Source of the DNA: Octopus vulgaris | Taxonomy: Eukaryota | Length of the DNA: 64,000 nucleotides | Direction of reading: 5' to 3' | Assembly: GCA_951406725.2 (NCBI GenBank) | Contig: OX597823.1 | Coordinates: forward strand, 10,850,001 to 10,914,000 | Shown here: in pieces, positions 62,068-64,000 of the stretch | Layout: each line of letters starts with the position of its first letter | Position numbering within the stretch: position 1 is the stretch's first letter | Notes under the pieces: model-generated | Databases searched by the model: none | What the model was told of the DNA's origin: nothing | The model's input: the letters and a program-made list of their open reading frames with translations, nothing else | Translations under genes and position numbers: made by a program

Positions 62068-62130
62068 AGCATATTAAATTCGAAGCTATGAATGTAGGTA
62101 GATAACACTGTGCAACAAAATTTTTATTTA

Positions 62131-63423
62131 CGAGGGGCGTTCAATAAGTAATGCCTCTGACCCACTTGCCGTTGATTGATCTAGCTGAGATTTTGCATGT
62201 GTAATTATTTATATCTCTATAGATTAAGTGGCAAATTACAGCTCCGAACTAATAGTGGTTTCTGATTTACATGTGTTTGAAATGAGTCAAGTGGGAAATG
62301 GAGCCTGTTGAGTGTCGAGAAGTGATCCGGTTTTTGTATTTGAAATGACGCACACCACAGGAGACTTTTGATGAAATGAAAATAACTTATGGTGATGATG
62401 CCCCATCATATGACCTTGTAAAACGCTGGCATCGTGAATTCAAACATGGTCGGAACTCTGTGGAAACAGCTCCCAGATCTGGTCGCACCCCTTCTGCCAT
62501 TGATGAGGCATCTGTCCGTCAAGTTGAGGCTGCCATTTTGGAAGATCGACGCATAACTATTCGCCAAATAGCCCATGAGGTCAAGATTAGTACCGGGTCT
62601 GTGGAAACTATCATTCATGACCATTTGCATATGCAAAAGGTGTCTACCAGAGGGATTCCCAGGTTGCTCACACTTTTCCTGAAGCAAGAACGCGTCGAGT
62701 GCTCGAGGATGAATTTAGGGATGTGCCAAGAAGATGAGTCAAAAATTTTTCAAAAGACTGATTACACAGGATGAGACCTGGGTCCTTCACCATGATCCAG
62801 AGACCAAATCCCAGCCAATGCAGTGGAAGCACCATGACTCACCTCCTCCAAAGAAGGCAAGTGTGCAGCCCTCCGCTGGCAAGGTCATGCTCACAGTCTT
62901 CTGGGACCAGGACGGAGTAGTGATGACATATTTCCTGGCAAAGGGTACCACAATTACAGGAGCCTATCATGCTTCACTTCTGAGGAAATTAAGAGAAGCT
63001 ATCAAAACCAAGAGGCGGGGCAAGATCAGCAAAAGCATCCTCCTCCTGCAGGACAACGCTCCGGTCCACAACTCGCGTGTCGCCAGATCAGAAGCACAGG
63101 CGTGCGGCTATGAACACTTCCCCCATCCCCCTACTCTCTTGACCTTGCACCCTCTGATTTTCACCTCTTCCCAGCCATGAAGTTGTTTTTGAAAGGAAAG
63201 CGTTTCCCAGATGATGCAGCCTTGATTTCTGAAGTCACGTCGTGGTTGGAGGACCAAGCTGGGGTCTTCTATGAAAACGGTCTTCAGAGCTGTATCAAAC
63301 GATGGAAGAAATGCGTAACTCTGGGTTGTTCCTATGCTGAAAAAGACTAATACCTGTGCCAAGTTTCGTTACTCTACTGCTATGGGAAGTGGGTCAGGGG
63401 CATTACTTATTGAACGCCCCTCG
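62131..63423 (+). mobile_element. Full-length mariner transposon (1293 bp, irritans/Hsmar2-like ends)
   Basis: 37-bp TIRs CGAGGGGCGTTCAATAAGTAATGCC(T/C)CTGACCCACTT with one mismatch; TA TSD on both sides. Confidence 0.95.
62298..63350 (+). pseudogene. Mariner D,D34D transposase, disrupted by a stop and two frameshifts
   Basis: HTH region, IPRLL (WVPxxL), ITQDETW, GKVMLTVFWD, QDNAPVH, HPP/YSLDLAPSDF; early TGA near 62346; frameshifts near 62740 and 63125. Confidence 0.9.
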
Positions 63424-64000
63424 TATTTATTGTCTTTGGTCAGTAAGTGCTATTTCCTATTTGATTCTATCTAGAAATCAAAGGAAACATCTATTGTTCC
63501 TTTCAAACTTTACTTTTGAAACTCAGGCATCAATGCTTTGAAACTCACTTATTTTCCATTAAATTTCAGAAAGATTAAGCAAAGATTCGCTTGTTATTTG
63601 CTTGTCCGTAACCACTTGTGCATATTCTTTAGTGGCTGATACGTGCAACTCTGATCATGAGCAGTAGCGGGGGAGCAGCATTGCCATGTGTTGAAAGGGA
63701 TTATTTGGGGTTTGAATAAATGTAACAAGCGCAAAGTTCCAAGGAAATATTAGGCATTTTTCATACTTTTTAGGGGAAAGCAAATAGGAAAAAAACAGTT
63801 GCTATCGAAGGACAAAAATTGTGTTGCACGATGTAATGTGATATAAAGATTGAATAAGTGATGAAAAATACGTGACAAGAAAGCAAGATATATATATATA
63901 TATAAATTGAGGGAGTGGAACGGGTAAAATCCAGGCTACATATGTGCCTTAGCTAATTGACCTTAAGATGTAGTAAATACTCAACGGGGAGTGCTGAATC

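Overview
AT-rich eukaryotic DNA made almost entirely of microsatellites and mobile-element sequence. I found no convincing host protein-coding gene, rRNA, true tRNA or CRISPR array. The SINE families and repeat style resemble, from memory, an octopus/cephalopod genome (inference). The only long genuine ORFs belong to a young Penelope-like retroelement (PLE; RT plus GIY-YIG endonuclease, Neptune-type Cys linker). It is present as a ~5.8-kb head-to-head palindrome (51090-56891) embedded in (TA)n. The window also holds a full-length defective mariner (62131-63423), other Tc1/mariner remnants, three non-autonomous Helitrons and a Helitron Rep relic, Gypsy/RTE/CR1/R4-like fragments, MITEs and three tRNA-headed SINE groups (called A, B, C here). 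Three unannotated layers stand out. (1) At least nine minimal hammerhead-ribozyme-like motifs of the PLE type, mostly with a palindromic helix III, from several families, including a U3-A8 core variant in the PLE 3' end. (2) Fold-back inverted duplications at every scale from 56 bp to 7 kb. (3) A SINE that repeatedly lands at the same position inside its own head. All alignments, coordinates and family calls were made by eye without tools.
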